Shown one piece after another: positions 12,960 to 24,667 of a stretch of 64,000 nucleotides of DNA. Origin of the DNA: Mobula hypostoma (Eukaryota); contig NC_086118.1 in the NCBI RefSeq assembly GCF_963921235.1, positions 17,052,001-17,116,000 of the forward strand, written 5' to 3'. The position numbers and the translations under genes are program-made. Under the pieces are notes generated by a model that ran no database searches, was not told the DNA's origin, and was given only the letters and a program-made list of their open reading frames with translations. Each line of letters begins with the position of its first letter. Within the stretch, counting starts at the first letter, position 1.

Positions 12960-14465
12960 CATAATAATGCAAGGAACAGGGCAAGGAATAGATCATAAAT
13001 CCCCCTGAGTTGGCTCTATGATTCAGCATGAACATGTCTGATCTAATCTTGGCCTCAATCCAGCTTCTGTCTGATCTTCATTACTTTCAATTCCCCACAT
13101 TTGGCCCTTTGGGCCGTGAAAATATTTAATGACTCAGCTTTGAATGCTCTGGGCTAGAGAATTTCACAGATTTTTAAACTTCAGAATAGAAGCAAATCTA
13201 TGTCTATAGTAACCATCCTTATTGTGAAACTATGGTTTCTAGATTCAAAATCCTCACTAAAGTGAAATATTCTCTCACATAAAGAATGTGAATCACGCTG
13301 AAAATGTTTTGCTTCAGTAAATCATCTCTCATTCTTCCAGATTCCAATGATATTGGGAGGAGAAGATGGTGGCGCGACGCAGCTCGCAGCAGTCACTCCG
13401 GTGCTGATGTCTGTTATTTGTCAAGTAGGGTGCCGTGCACTATCCTGATTTGATGGAGACAGATGTGAGAGCATGGAGGAACATCTGGTGAAACTTCTGA
13501 AATGCCTGCTTCGTTGCTGTGTGGTCCAGAATCTCCACAGAGGAAGGCCCCAAGTCCTCGGCTTTGCATGTTGCTTGGCGGCTGGGACGGGGTGGAAGTG
13601 CTCGGCAGAGGATGATGCTCAGAGAGGCTGTGTCAGAGGGGCTGGTCGGAAGCTCAAAGTTTTTGGACGGACTCAGAGTTCGCTGCGGTCGGGTGCTTCC
13701 AATGGTGCTGCATCGGCAAGTTTGCGGTGCTTGGAGGTTCATGGCAGGGAGAGTTTCTCCCTTCTGCCGCCTGCGTGAGATGATGAGACTATCGAGACTT
13801 TGAGACTTTTTTTTTACCGTGCCCATGGTCTGCTCTTTATCAAATTATGGTATTGCTTTGCACTGTTGTAACTACATGTTATAATTATGTGGTTTTGTCA
13901 GTTTTCGTCTTGGTTTGTCCTGTGTTTTCTTGTGATATCATTCTGGAGGAACACTGTATCATTTTTAATGCATGCATTTCTAAATGACAATAAACGAGGA
14001 CTGAGTGTCCTCATAATCTAATCTAATCTAATATTGACCAAACTTGTTTAACCTTTCTCTATTAAACAACATCTTCTTCAAAGAATCAACCAAGTGAATG
14101 TTTCTGCACTATTTACTCTTTGTATAAGGAGACCAAAGTAAGAATGATGTTACCAATGCCCTCTACAGTTACAAGAATTTCCAACTACTGTACTCAATGG
14201 TCTCTGCAATGACGATCAAACCCTTCCAGTTGTCTTCCTAATTAATTGCAGAACCTGTATGTTAACATTGTATTTTCTGTATGAGGGCATCAAGAACTCT
14301 AAGTATTGCGGTATTCTTTAGTCCCTCTAAATTCTTCCTTCCAAAGTGGATAATCTTACATTTCACATGTTGTACATTATTTAATATGATTTTAAATATT
14401 CACTTAACCAATCCACCTCCCTTTGTAGAGCCTGTCTCCTCACAACTTGCTAACCTACCTATCTT
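12960..14465 (-). mobile_element. Old CR1 3' fragment interrupted by the element at 13356-14030
   Basis: Degenerate matches to the young CR1 reverse complement (gaatttcacagatt, ccaaagtggataatcttacattt, atctctcattcttc). Confidence 0.55.
13356..14030 (+). mobile_element. Non-autonomous non-LTR element (SINE-like, no tRNA head)
   Basis: TSD ATATTG (13350-13355, 14031-14036); 5' aagatggtggcg; CpG-rich body; 3' AATAAA, hairpin GAGGAC-tgagt-GTCCTC, (AATCT)n tail. Confidence 0.85.
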
Positions 14466-14498
14466 TGTACTATTAGTAATTCCATTCCATACAACAAA

Positions 14499-16240
14499 TT
14501 CTATACCAGGCTGTGGTGCAACCAGTTATGATACTCACCACAGTGCCTCTAGAGGATTGCCAAAGGTTTTGCTACATGCCAAATCTACACAAACCTCTAA
14601 GACAACAGACACACAGTTGTGACTTTTTTGCGATGGCACTTACATAGTGGTCCCAGGACAAATCCTTTTATGTGCTTACACCAAGGAATTTAACGTTGCT
14701 GAACCTCACCACTTCTGATCCCCTAATAAGGATTGGCTCATGGATGTCTGACTTCTTCCTCCTGTCGTTAATAACTATTTCTTTGGTTTGGCTGACATTT
14801 GAGTGCTAGGTTGTTGTAGCACCACTCAGCCAGATTTCCAATCTCCCTCTTGGCTGCTGATTTGTTACCGCCTTTGATTCAGCCAGTATCAGTGGTGTCT
14901 GCAGCAAGTTTAGATATGGCATTGGATCTGTACTTAGTCACACAATCATAGAAAGCAGGGGTCTAAGCACATAGCCTTGTGGTGCACCTGTGCTGATGGT
15001 GATTGTGGATGAGAAGTTGTTGTCAATCTATACTGACTGTGGGGTTTGCAATTGAGGAAATCGAAGATCCAGTTGCACAGAGGGGTATCAAGGCTCAGAT
15101 CTTGCAGTTCAGTGATGAGTTTTGAGAGGATGATAACATTAAATGCTGAGCTGTAATCAATGAAGAGCATCCTGCTGTGTGCATCTTCACTGTCTAGGTG
15201 ATCCAGAGCTGAGTGACGGGCCAAAAAAATGGAATCTGCCATTGACCTGTTGTGATGGTAGGCAAATTGGAGCAGATCCAGGTCATTCCTCATGCAGGAG
15301 TAGGTATGATTCAGGGCCAACCAATCAATGCAATTCATCACAGTGGATGTAAGTGCTACTGGATGATAGACTTTGGGGCAGGTTACCACATTCTACTTGG
15401 GCTTAAAGCCTGCTTGAAGCTAGTGGGTACCTCAGACTGCCAAAGCAAGCAATCAAAGATGTCTGTAAATACTCCAGCTGGTTAATTAGCATAGGTCTTC
15501 AGTACTTGGCCAGGTATGCTGTCTGGGCCAGATGCTTGCATTCGATTCACCATCCTGAAGGATTCTCTTATCACGAGTGTCTTTATAAAATCTGTGACAA
15601 CTGTGGCATATTCATTCAGGTCTTCTGATGAGTCCTTGAACATGGCTCAGTTTACTAACTTGAAGCAGTCCCATAGCCTCTCCTCTACCTCCCATGACTA
15701 CCTCTGTGTTGTTATTACCTCTAGTACTTTGTTCTTCAGTCTCTGCCTATATGCAGGTGGGAGTACAGTCAGATGGTCAAATTCCCTGAAATGCAGCTGA
15801 GTAAGCATTCGTGATGGTAGTGCAGAAGTGGTTGAGTGTATTGGGTCCAGCAGTGCTGCAGGTGATGTGCTGATGGCAAATGGACAGAGGTTGAAGTCCC
15901 TGGTAAGGATGTGAAAGGCCTGGTATGGAAACACCAATGCCCAGGAATGGAAAAATCTACAGAAAGTGGTGTAGAAAGCCCAGCCCATCACAGGAAAACC
16001 CTCCCCATCATGAAGCACACTTACAACAAGAAAGCTGCATCCATCATCAGGTACTCTACCATCCAGGCCATGCTCTCCTCTCACTCGAGCAGGAAATAGA
16101 GGAGCCTTTCGTCCATACCAACAGATTTAGGAACAGTTATTACCCTACCACCATCAGGCACCTGAACTGGTCTGGATAATTCCACGAACCATAACTCTGA
16201 ACTGATTCCACAACCTTGAGATTCACATTCAAGGATTTGC
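14499..16240 (+). mobile_element. Rex1/Babar LINE with 5' inversion (14499-15916 on -, 15918-16240 on +)
   Basis: Minus strand: [44 protein letters not shown] ending at ..TGCTTAWY. Plus strand resumes at AWYGNTNAQEWKNLQKVV. Confidence 0.85.
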
Positions 16241-16704
16241 TGGATTGGGGTGCAGAATGGTTCTTTTCTTTGTATTTCTCTTGTAGCTTAAATTTCCTAT
16301 GCTTGATTATATTTTTATATAGTCACCTTTATACATGTAATTGTTCAGTGAATTTCCATTAATTACAATTTAGTGCTTCTGTATTTTGTTAGTTTTCAGT
16401 AGCAGACATCAGACTATTTGAATCTCACCTTTTTATAGGTTAATTGTTATCACTAGATTTTTTGTTATCTCTAGCCTGAGTATGAGGTGACCACAACTGC
16501 TTTTTTTTCTCTTCTTCCTTCTCGAGGCTTCTCTTTCTTGTTTCCACTCTCATAACGCTAAATAAACAATTGTAAGCAGTAAGTCTTATGTTCATTCCTG
16601 ACCTGCAAAGAACCTTTAGATTGCAATAGTATCAGGATCCAACAGCATGCTAATATCTGCAGGCCCGAGTCTGAGTCCGGTGAACGGTCTGGTGCCAACA
16701 CAAA

Positions 16705-16935
16705 TTCCACAGTGAAGCTGTGGAATTCATTGCCACAGATGGCTGAGGATGCCAAATCAGAGGGTATATTTAAAGCAGAGGTTGCTAGGTTCTTGATTAG
16801 TAAGTGCATGAAAGGTTACCAGAAGAAAGTGGGAGAATGAGGTTGAGAGGGATAGTAAATCAGCCATGATAGAACAGCAGAGCAAACTTGACGGGCTGAA
16901 CAGCCTAATTGTGCTCCTATGTCTTATTGTCTCTA
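16705..16935 (+). mobile_element. CR1 3' end fragment
   Basis: gtgaagctgtggaattcattgccacag...cagccatgatagaa...gggctgaacagcctaattgtgctcctatgtctt. Confidence 0.75.
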
Positions 16936-17502
16936 TGGAGATTTGCAGGCTACCCTCAGCACACCCTTTGGTATATTGGTTGTTAGCACTAATGACATAT
17001 TTCATCGTATGTTTTGATGTACGCGTGATAAATAATCTTGAATCTTGAATCATGAACTTGATCTTATAGTCAGTGGGATGAGTGTGAAGACCCAAGGATG
17101 AGGAAGAACCCCAAATGAAGTGGAAAGTTTTTGTACGTATATTTAATGAGGTAAGGCCTTCCACCTTACTTTCTTAATCATCTAGTTCTTGCCTCAATAC
17201 ACCTTCTTGGAAGTTTAACAGTGAAAGAAAATTATTATACCTACTTTTAATAAAGTTGAATGTTCATCTAAGTAAGTCATTCTTGACTTACAAACAACCT
17301 TCAAATCACAAAAATATCAGCATCCAACAGACTTATAACTCATGTTCTCAGTATTATTTTTTTATTTTACACAATGTCTTCCTTTGCACATTGGTTGTTT
17401 GGCAGTCTTTCTGTGTATAGTTTCTCATAAATTCTATTGTATTTTTATTTATTTTCCTGTAAATGCCTACAAGAAAATACATCTCAAGGTGTATAGGTGT
17501 AT

Positions 17503-17668
17503 GGGGTGTGAGGAAGGTGTCAGGTGTCGCGTCCTTTTCAAGGCGGTTAGTCCACCTTTGGTCCCCACCTGGCACTCAGCTCTCACCTGTGGCTCCCCGT
17601 AGCTGTTTGCATGTGACAGCAGCCACACCACGGTCAAGGGCTTCGACAAGCTGGCTAAACCAGGTGAG
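17503..17668 (+). ncRNA. Putative HDV-like self-cleaving ribozyme (one P1 mismatch, expanded L3)
   Basis: P1 GGGGTGT 17503-09 / ACACCAC 17625-31; P2 CTCACCTG 17582-89 / CAGGTGAG 17661-68; P3 GGC 17591-93 / GCC 17622-24; L3 starts TCCCC; GG 17632-33; P4 GGCTT-cgac-AAGCT; J4/2 GCTAA. Confidence 0.65.
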
Positions 17669-18034
17669 GATAGCCGGCGGGTCTCAAACTCTTGGTGAGA
17701 TAAGGAGTTGTCTATCCCAGCATGTGAAGACACACTCCGGCGGATTGAGTGGACGAGACCAATGCAAGGTCCAACGGTCAAGAAGGCGGTCTCTGCGAGC
17801 GTCGTGGAACGTGTAGAGCAGGACAAGACACAGAAGACGTCCTGGTCATCCACTGCACCTAGTCCCATCTCCAGCCATCTCGACTCTGTCTTGCCACTGG
17901 ACCCAGATGGGAATTGGGAAGAGAAAGTGAGGCAGACGCTGCGCAACTCTCCCTCACTTAAATCCAAATCACACGCTAGTCTCGACACCATCATTATGGC
18001 GTCGAGATCCTCATTGACATCAACAATGAATGAA
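17503..18034 (+). mobile_element. Non-coding SINE-like element (probably an RTE- or Ingi/Vingi-type 5'UTR+3'end derivative) starting with an HDV-like ribozyme fold
   Basis: GC/CpG-rich insert in an AT-rich Rex1 tail; no A/B boxes; 3' stem-loop tctcgacaccat-catt-atggcgtcgaga and short (aatg)n tail. Confidence 0.75.
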
Positions 18035-18577
18035 CACACATATGATAAATTTTACTTCGACTTTGAATAGACTTCGTCCCTTCAACTAATTGATATTGAT
18101 TATAAATATTTGAAGCCCTATCACTAATTTCCACGGAATTCCACGAGTTACAACATAGTCAATACAGTATTTAGTTCATATATATTAACCCCTTCTGACA
18201 ACCTTCTACGCAACATGACATATTTTCATAACCTTCAATGTGACATCTTGATTCCCTTTTGCAAATCTAAACATCTACCACCTTGCCTTTATCCACCAAT
18301 TACACCTTCAAAAATCATTAATACATTGAATAAAAGCATTACATTTCTTTCTTAAACCATATGAAAAATGCAGAACTGTAACATGATTTTACTAAATGTC
18401 ATTTTATACAGATTAAACATTTTGGTGAAATTTGTCCATGTTAACCATCAAGCCTTATCTATACAAATCCCATGTACCAGCATTTGGTCCGCAATACAAC
18501 CTACTATGCCGTGGCAATGCTCATACATGCACCTGGTAATTGATTCACTATTGTAACATATACCAAGCTACATTACA

Positions 18578-18695
18578 AGTCCTGATGAAGGATCTCTGCC
18601 TGCAACATTTCTATGGGTGCTGCCTGTCCTGCTGAGTTCCTTCCACATTTGGTGTGTTTGCTCCGGATTTCCAGCATCTGTAGAATCTCTTGTGT
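18578..18695 (+). repeat. Penelope pLTR fragment with decayed minimal hammerhead core
   Basis: agtc-CTGATGA-agg atctctg cct-GCAAC, followed by the pLTR body gctgcctgtcctgctgagttcc...ccagcatctgtagaatctcttgtgt. Confidence 0.7.
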
Positions 18696-18739
18696 ATGCA
18701 TGACACGATTTGGTTTTGCATGACATCAACATATCTAAT

Positions 18740-19310
18740 TTCCAAAAAGAAGTAGATCAAGGTAGTACAAAGAGAAAGGCAATCACAGAATGCAGAATAT
18801 AGTGTTGCAGTTACCGAGAAAGTACAGTGCAAATAGACAAAAATGTACAACAGCCATGACAAAGTAGATTGTGACATCAACAGTTCATCCTACTGTACAA
18901 GAGATCTGTTCAAGACTCTTATACTAGCAGGACAGAAGCTGTTCTCGAGCCTGGTGGTATAATTTGAAGCCATCCCAACTTCTACCGAAATTAAAGTTGC
19001 TGGTGGGGGGGGGGGGGGGGGTGGGAGTGAACATCCAGGGTGGGAGGGATGATTGATTATGTTGGCTATTTTTCCGACGCAAAAGGAAGTGTAGGCGAAG
19101 TCCATAGAGGGGAAGCTGTTCGTTCTGGTAGACTTTGTAGCGTTCACAACGCTCTGCAGTTCTTGCGGTCTTGGGCAAAATAGTTGTTTTACCAAGCTGT
19201 GATGCAGCTGGAGAAGGCGCTTTCTATGGTGCATCTATAAAAATTTGTATCAGTCAAAGGGTCTGAGGAAGTATAGATGCTGGTGTGCTTTTGTGGCCAT
19301 AGAGCCTACA
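18740..19310 (-). mobile_element. Rex1/Babar 3' fragment
   Basis: ORF 18890-19234 remnants (ELQSVVNATK, ANIINHPSHPG, TTRLENSFCPASIRVLN). Confidence 0.75.
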
Positions 19311-19969
19311 TCTACAAAGTGTACCTGTATCCACCCCATTCACTTCAGACTCCAGCTACACTGTGTAAATAAAATTATCCAAGATCCCCTGTAATGTCTC
19401 ACTTTCATCCTGAGCCTGTGCCTCAAGATTTAAACACTTCTGCTATGTCCTCCTATGATTTCTATAATTATCAACTCCAGCATTTTTTTTGGTAACAGAT
19501 ACAAGTAAAAAGAAAATTACAGCTATTAGCTCATCAACCTCTTATTTCAAAGAAGGAGTTACATTCATGTTTTTTTTCCATTCTGCTAGGGCCATTCCAG
19601 GATTGGAGGCAATTTAGGACGAATGAAACATTAACTTCATGATCACCATAATTTCTTGTCATTATTTTAAGTGTCATTAATGTACAGGCTCATAGATTGA
19701 AGTGGCTGTCAGTCTTCAGTTCCACTAGTCCCATTTGTTTACATGGTACTTTCTTTTCCAAGTGATAATGATAGTAAGCTCTTCCCTACCTCCCGACACC
19801 TGACCTTCCAACTATTGGGATACTTTGACTTCTTCCAATCAGTCAAACTTCTTTCCCAGCACCAAATTTTTCATAAACCCAATTTTTCAATGGCCCAAAG
19901 CATAAATTTTATGCTTTAACGGTCTATTTCCAGCAGGTTGCTGTCAAAGTCCATCTCTTCTCCCTCTAT

Positions 19970-20252
19970 AGGTGGCATGGTAATGTAGTGTTTAGCACAA
20001 CGCGTTACAGTTCAATTCCAGCCACCGCCTGTAAGGAGTTTGTACGTTCTCCCCGTGACCACATGGGTTTCCTCCAAGTGCTCCAGTTTCCTCCCACAGT
20101 CCAGAGACCAGAGACATAGCAGTGGGTAGGTTAATAGATCATTTTAAATTGTCCCTTAAATAGGCTAGCATTAAATTGGGGGATTGCTGAGTGATGTGGC
20201 ACAAAGGGCTGAAAGGGCCTATTTGGCACTGCATCACAGTAAATAAATAAAG
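19970..20252 (+). mobile_element. V-SINE (second copy)
   Basis: Same head, V-domain and (aaat)n tail as 2652-2956. Confidence 0.85.
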
Positions 20253-21000
20253 ACATTTTACTAACCTTTTGCTGATATCCAAAATCTTCACAATCTTCCA
20301 GCCAACCACCAATTTTTCCAACAAAATGAACCTTTTTCTTTCAATTTACTATCATCCATAATAATTTTGGTTAGCTATGAATGGATAGACCTTGTGGAAT
20401 TCCTCAATAGAAGGCTCCATCTTCTGAAATTTCCTTATGTTTGTGCCACTGCGTAAAAACTAGTTATGGTTGCTCCTTTGTTATAGGTGATCCTTTGCTA
20501 TACAATGATAAATTAATTGTGTCCTATTACATATGGATAGATCTGGAATGGATAGCACTGTGTTGGAAACTATCCAGAATATATTACGATTTCATCTTTG
20601 AAACAAATTTTCTCAATCTGAGTTTTCTAATGTATATAAATAAGCAAGATCTCCTATAGTTATAGCAGTATCTTTCTGCAGGTCCCTATTATTTTGCTTT
20701 ACCCTTTGTTTTACTAATTGCTACTGTTAGACAAGGCAAAAGACTAGTACAAATTGTAAACAAACACTGAACTATCTATGGTTCCCAGGTTTATTCATTT
20801 TCTCATTTCCACACCTGCGGAGAGCATCTTCAGTTACTAGCATGCTATCAGGAACAATCAAAATAAGTCAATATACTACCAACTTACAGTGCCAGATTTA
20901 ATTATATTGCACTTCATGAACTTCAATACAATATAAATATTTGAAAGTTCAAACTATTTTACTCACTAGCCAAATTAAAAAAAAAACAAAGGTACATGAC

Positions 21001-21815
21001 CACAACAAGAGATTCTGCAGATGCTGGAAATCAAGGGCAACACACAACGTGAAATGCTTGAGTAATTCAGCAGGTTGGGCAGATCTATGGAAAGGAATAA
21101 ACAGTCAACATTTCAAGCCAGGGCCCTTTATCAGGACAGGAAAGGAAAGGGAAAAGAAGCCAGAATAAAAAGGTGAGGGGAAGGAAAAGAGGATAAGCTA
21201 GAAGATGATAGGTGAAGTCAGGCTGGTGGGGGAGGGGGCTGGAGTAAGAAGCTGGGAGGTGAGAGATGGGGGAAAAAAGCAAAGGGTTGAAGAAGGATGA
21301 ATCTGAGAGGAGAGTGGATCATGAGAGAAAGGGAAGGAGGAGGGAGATAAGAGGCAGCTGAGGAGAAGAGGTAATGGCCAGAGTGGAGAAAGGATGAGGA
21401 GGGAAGGGGGAGGGAGAAAAATTACCGGCAGGAGAAATCAATGTTCATGCCATCGGGTTGGAGGCTACCTGAATATGAGGTGTAGTTCCTCCACCCTAAC
21501 AGTGGCCCCATTGTGGCAGAAGAGGCAGCCATGGGAAATAACACTTTTTGTGGATGGAGCAGAGGTGCTTGACAAAGCGGTCCCCCAATTTACATCGGTT
21601 TTCACCAGTGTAGAGCAGGCCGCATCGGGAGCACCGGACACAGTACATAATCCCAACAAATTCCCAGGTAAAGTGTTGCCTCACATGGAAGGACCTGAAT
21701 GGAGGTGAGGGAGGAGGTGGATGGGCAGGTGTAGCATTTCTGTCACTTGCCAGGAGGGAGATTAGTGGAGAGGGAGGAATGGACAACTAAATCACAGAGG
21801 GAGCAATCCCTGAAA
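21001..21815 (-). mobile_element. Penelope-like element 3' fragment: GIY-YIG endonuclease remnant plus pLTR
   Basis: ORF 21496-21786: FHVRQHFT..GIMYCVRCSRCGLLYTGENRCKLGDRFVKH (GIY-YIG with CxxC); pLTR at 21001-21140 with hammerhead remnant CTGATAA-aggg..ctt-GAAA. Confidence 0.85.
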
Positions 21816-23318
21816 GGTACATGATATTTGTTGGATATTCCAAGGAAGAAATCCAATTTACATTACATACATTGTACTTTACTATTTATGTGCAACTGGC
21901 AAAAACTATTAAAAGCACTAACAAATATTTAGCAGCTCTTTCTTCTTTTGCCAAGTACACACAGTTTTGTATTAGCAGTAATTTGGAATAGATTTATAAG
22001 TCATACGTTAGCAATAATAAAAGAACACCATCTGCACAAGTCCAGTTATAAATGATTTACCTTTCATCTTTGCAAATAGATTACAAACATCTGCAAGATT
22101 AGCAACCACTTTGTTTATGAACGTAGCTATTTATGATATGCTTAACCACACAAAATGTTTTTATGTACTCATGATAGGAAGGCCCTGTAAGCAATTTGTA
22201 AAAATGTATATGTTGATTGAGAATGATGATCCTACATCTCACCTCTCAGTACCCCTTTCAAGGAAAAAATGCTTACAATACAAGTTCAAGACCATTTCCT
22301 TACAGTGTGAAACTAACATGTGGCAACCCAACCATACAAACCTGACACACATACTCCTGCAGCAAAACCACAGCTTCCCTCCTGTCCTCAATACAGCTTA
22401 CAAAAAGCACACTTACCTCAAATCAAAGTGAACACTTACTAACAGTCTTCTTACTTCATACAGAGATACGGTAATATTAGGGGACTGAGATTCAAAAATG
22501 GTGAATACTGATGATGAGATGCACTCATTTCCTATCCGTTATTGGACACGTTACGAACCTTGGGTTAGAAAATTACAAAGGACAAAAACTATAAATAATA
22601 ACCTGACTTTTATCACGATAAACTTGGTGGGTCAAGCAGCATCTGTGGAGGAAAGGAATTGCTGACATTTTGTGTCAAATCTCTGCATCATAACTACTGG
22701 TATGAAGCAGAATTTGCTGATCTTGGTTAAGTAATGGAATACCATCTAGTTGCTCCACCATTATTAAGATTCCATATTACGAGTGGAAAGAATGTTTAGC
22801 ACTATCCAACCAGCAACTATTTGTACATAATCATGAAGGTTTGCATATTAGAACTCGCTATTACAGTTGCATGGGGTCATTTTAACCTTGTAACAGTTCA
22901 TATCTTCAGGTCCAGTTGTGTGGACAGGTAAAAATGGACCGAGTCATCCCATTGTTAGACTGTCAGCTGCAAATTTCATGCATGTTTTGAACAGGTGTGA
23001 AGTGATCTACCAGAAGACAGCAAACTCATTCTTTGCACAAACGATCAAATTAGATTTGTATGTAACTGTAACTAACATCAATTTAAACTGAGCCAGACAA
23101 GAGAAAATAACAGTGGCTTTCTGACCAGCCTATCTTAGTAATACAAGATGTTGTGACCAAAACAGATCTAGAAATGGATGCTGAGTGGACTTCCGGGTCA
23201 TCAAGGGAATGGCGGCGTAAGGAAAAGGTCTCTCGACAAAAAAGAAGGTAAACTGCCCCAAAATCGAATTTAGACAAATACTTAACATTGCATAACTATA
23301 TTAATAAAAGGGGCAAGG

Positions 23319-24305
23319 ATGATGTCTAAGAACAAGATTAAAAAGTCCGCTCCGAAGGCTGATAAACATAAAGAGATGCAGCAAGGCGACGGGCCTAACT
23401 CCCCCACGGCAAGCCAGGACGGAGATAATGAGGGGGAATCAGTGACTCTGTCTTTGATTCTCGGAGAGAATCGCGAGTTCCGACAAGATAACAGCGAACA
23501 GCTGGAAGATATTAAAGGAGAAATAGTAAAAACTAACTCGCGGATAGATGAAGCCGAAGCGAGGATTGTTGGAATTGAAGAGAAGCTACAAAACGCCGAG
23601 GAAGTGATAGCAGAAATGCTGAAGCTGCAAGACCAGCTCCAGTGGAAACTAATAGATCAAGAAGGCCGCTCAAGAAGGGAAAATGTGAGGATCTACGGAG
23701 TTCCCGAAGGAAGTGAAGGTAAACCCGGATTGATGATTCCCTTCGTGGAGAAGCTGCTTAGAGAGAACCTTGATATACCGGCCGCAAAAGACCTACAGAT
23801 AGAAAGAGCTCACCGCGCGTTGGCACCACAGCCTCCGGCAGGTGCCCAGCCCAGATCAATTCTGGTCAGATTTCTCAGTTACAGAACGAAGGAAGAGGTG
23901 CTTAAACGGGCATGGCAAAAGAAAGGTTTCATGTGGAGCAACTATAAAATCAGTTTAGACCACGACTACGCACCGGGGATTCTTGCCAGACGGAAGGAAT
24001 ATACGGAAACACGGAGAGTCCTGAAGGAAAACAACATCAGATTCCAGACCCTGTATCCAGCTCGGCTGGGAGTCTTTTACGACGAAGGGACAAAAACTTA
24101 CGCTACGGTGAAGGAGGCAACGTCGGACCTGGCGGACCGGGGACTACCTATTAAAGTTATCACCCAACCGGAGTCGTTACTGGAGAGGATTCGGCAGAAG
24201 TCGTGGCAGTTAGTGGGGCGAGGACGCTCCACTCGAACCAGAGTGTCAAACTACAAGGAAAAGCTGCAAATATTCAGACGCGAATGTACAGAGAATACAG
24301 ATTAA
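23319..24305 (+). CDS. L1 ORF1p (coiled coil, RRM, CTD), open 328 aa
   Basis: Heptad-like region followed by EGRSRRENVRIYGVPE, IERAHR, PRSILVRF, YPARL motifs. Confidence 0.9.
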   Translation: MMSKNKIKKSAPKADKHKEMQQGDGPNSPTASQDGDNEGESVTLSLILGENREFRQDNSEQLEDIKGEIVKTNSRIDEAEARIVGIEEKLQNAEEVIAEMLKLQDQLQWKLIDQEGRSRRENVRIYGVPEGSEGKPGLMIPFVEKLLRENLDIPAAKDLQIERAHRALAPQPPAGAQPRSILVRFLSYRTKEEVLKRAWQKKGFMWSNYKISLDHDYAPGILARRKEYTETRRVLKENNIRFQTLYPARLGVFYDEGTKTYATVKEATSDLADRGLPIKVITQPESLLERIRQKSWQLVGRGRSTRTRVSNYKEKLQIFRRECTENTD

Positions 24306-24667
24306 TTAAGAGAAATGACTGAAAAGAGTAAATCGGACTTAAAGGTAAAATGAAAACTGGTAATTGAAAATAAACTAGGCGGAATAACTTGAATGATAAC
24401 AATTTGGCCGAGACATAAACAGGAGAAAATTCTCTATGATTATTCAAACTGCTGAGGGCCCTCTAACACAGGGTGAAGATAGAGGTTATCCCTCTGAACT
24501 GAGGCAGGTCGGTGCTCAGGCCTCACTGTGGGAAGTCGGGAAAAATTTTCAAATGTTACACATTCAAAAATGTCTAGGGTGTGGTTATATGTCTTGGTTT
24601 ACTGCTGAGAAGGGATCGCTTACTGTTTGGTTAGAAAAGGAGAGTGTTTTTTTTCTACTAGAGAAAA

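Larger units (their letters stand above)
17330..18067 (+). mobile_element. Rex1-type 3' UTR fragment split by the insertion at 17503-18034
   Basis: 17330-17500 plus 18035-18067 align to the Rex1 tail at 60410-60643 (gcacattggttgtttg, gcctacaagaaaa, atctca.ggt, ataaatttactt.gaacttt). Confidence 0.75.

Noticed and set aside
17467..18070. ORFs of 190, 117 and 120 aa across the ribozyme-bearing element
   Set aside because: No recognisable motifs; expected by chance in GC-rich sequence.
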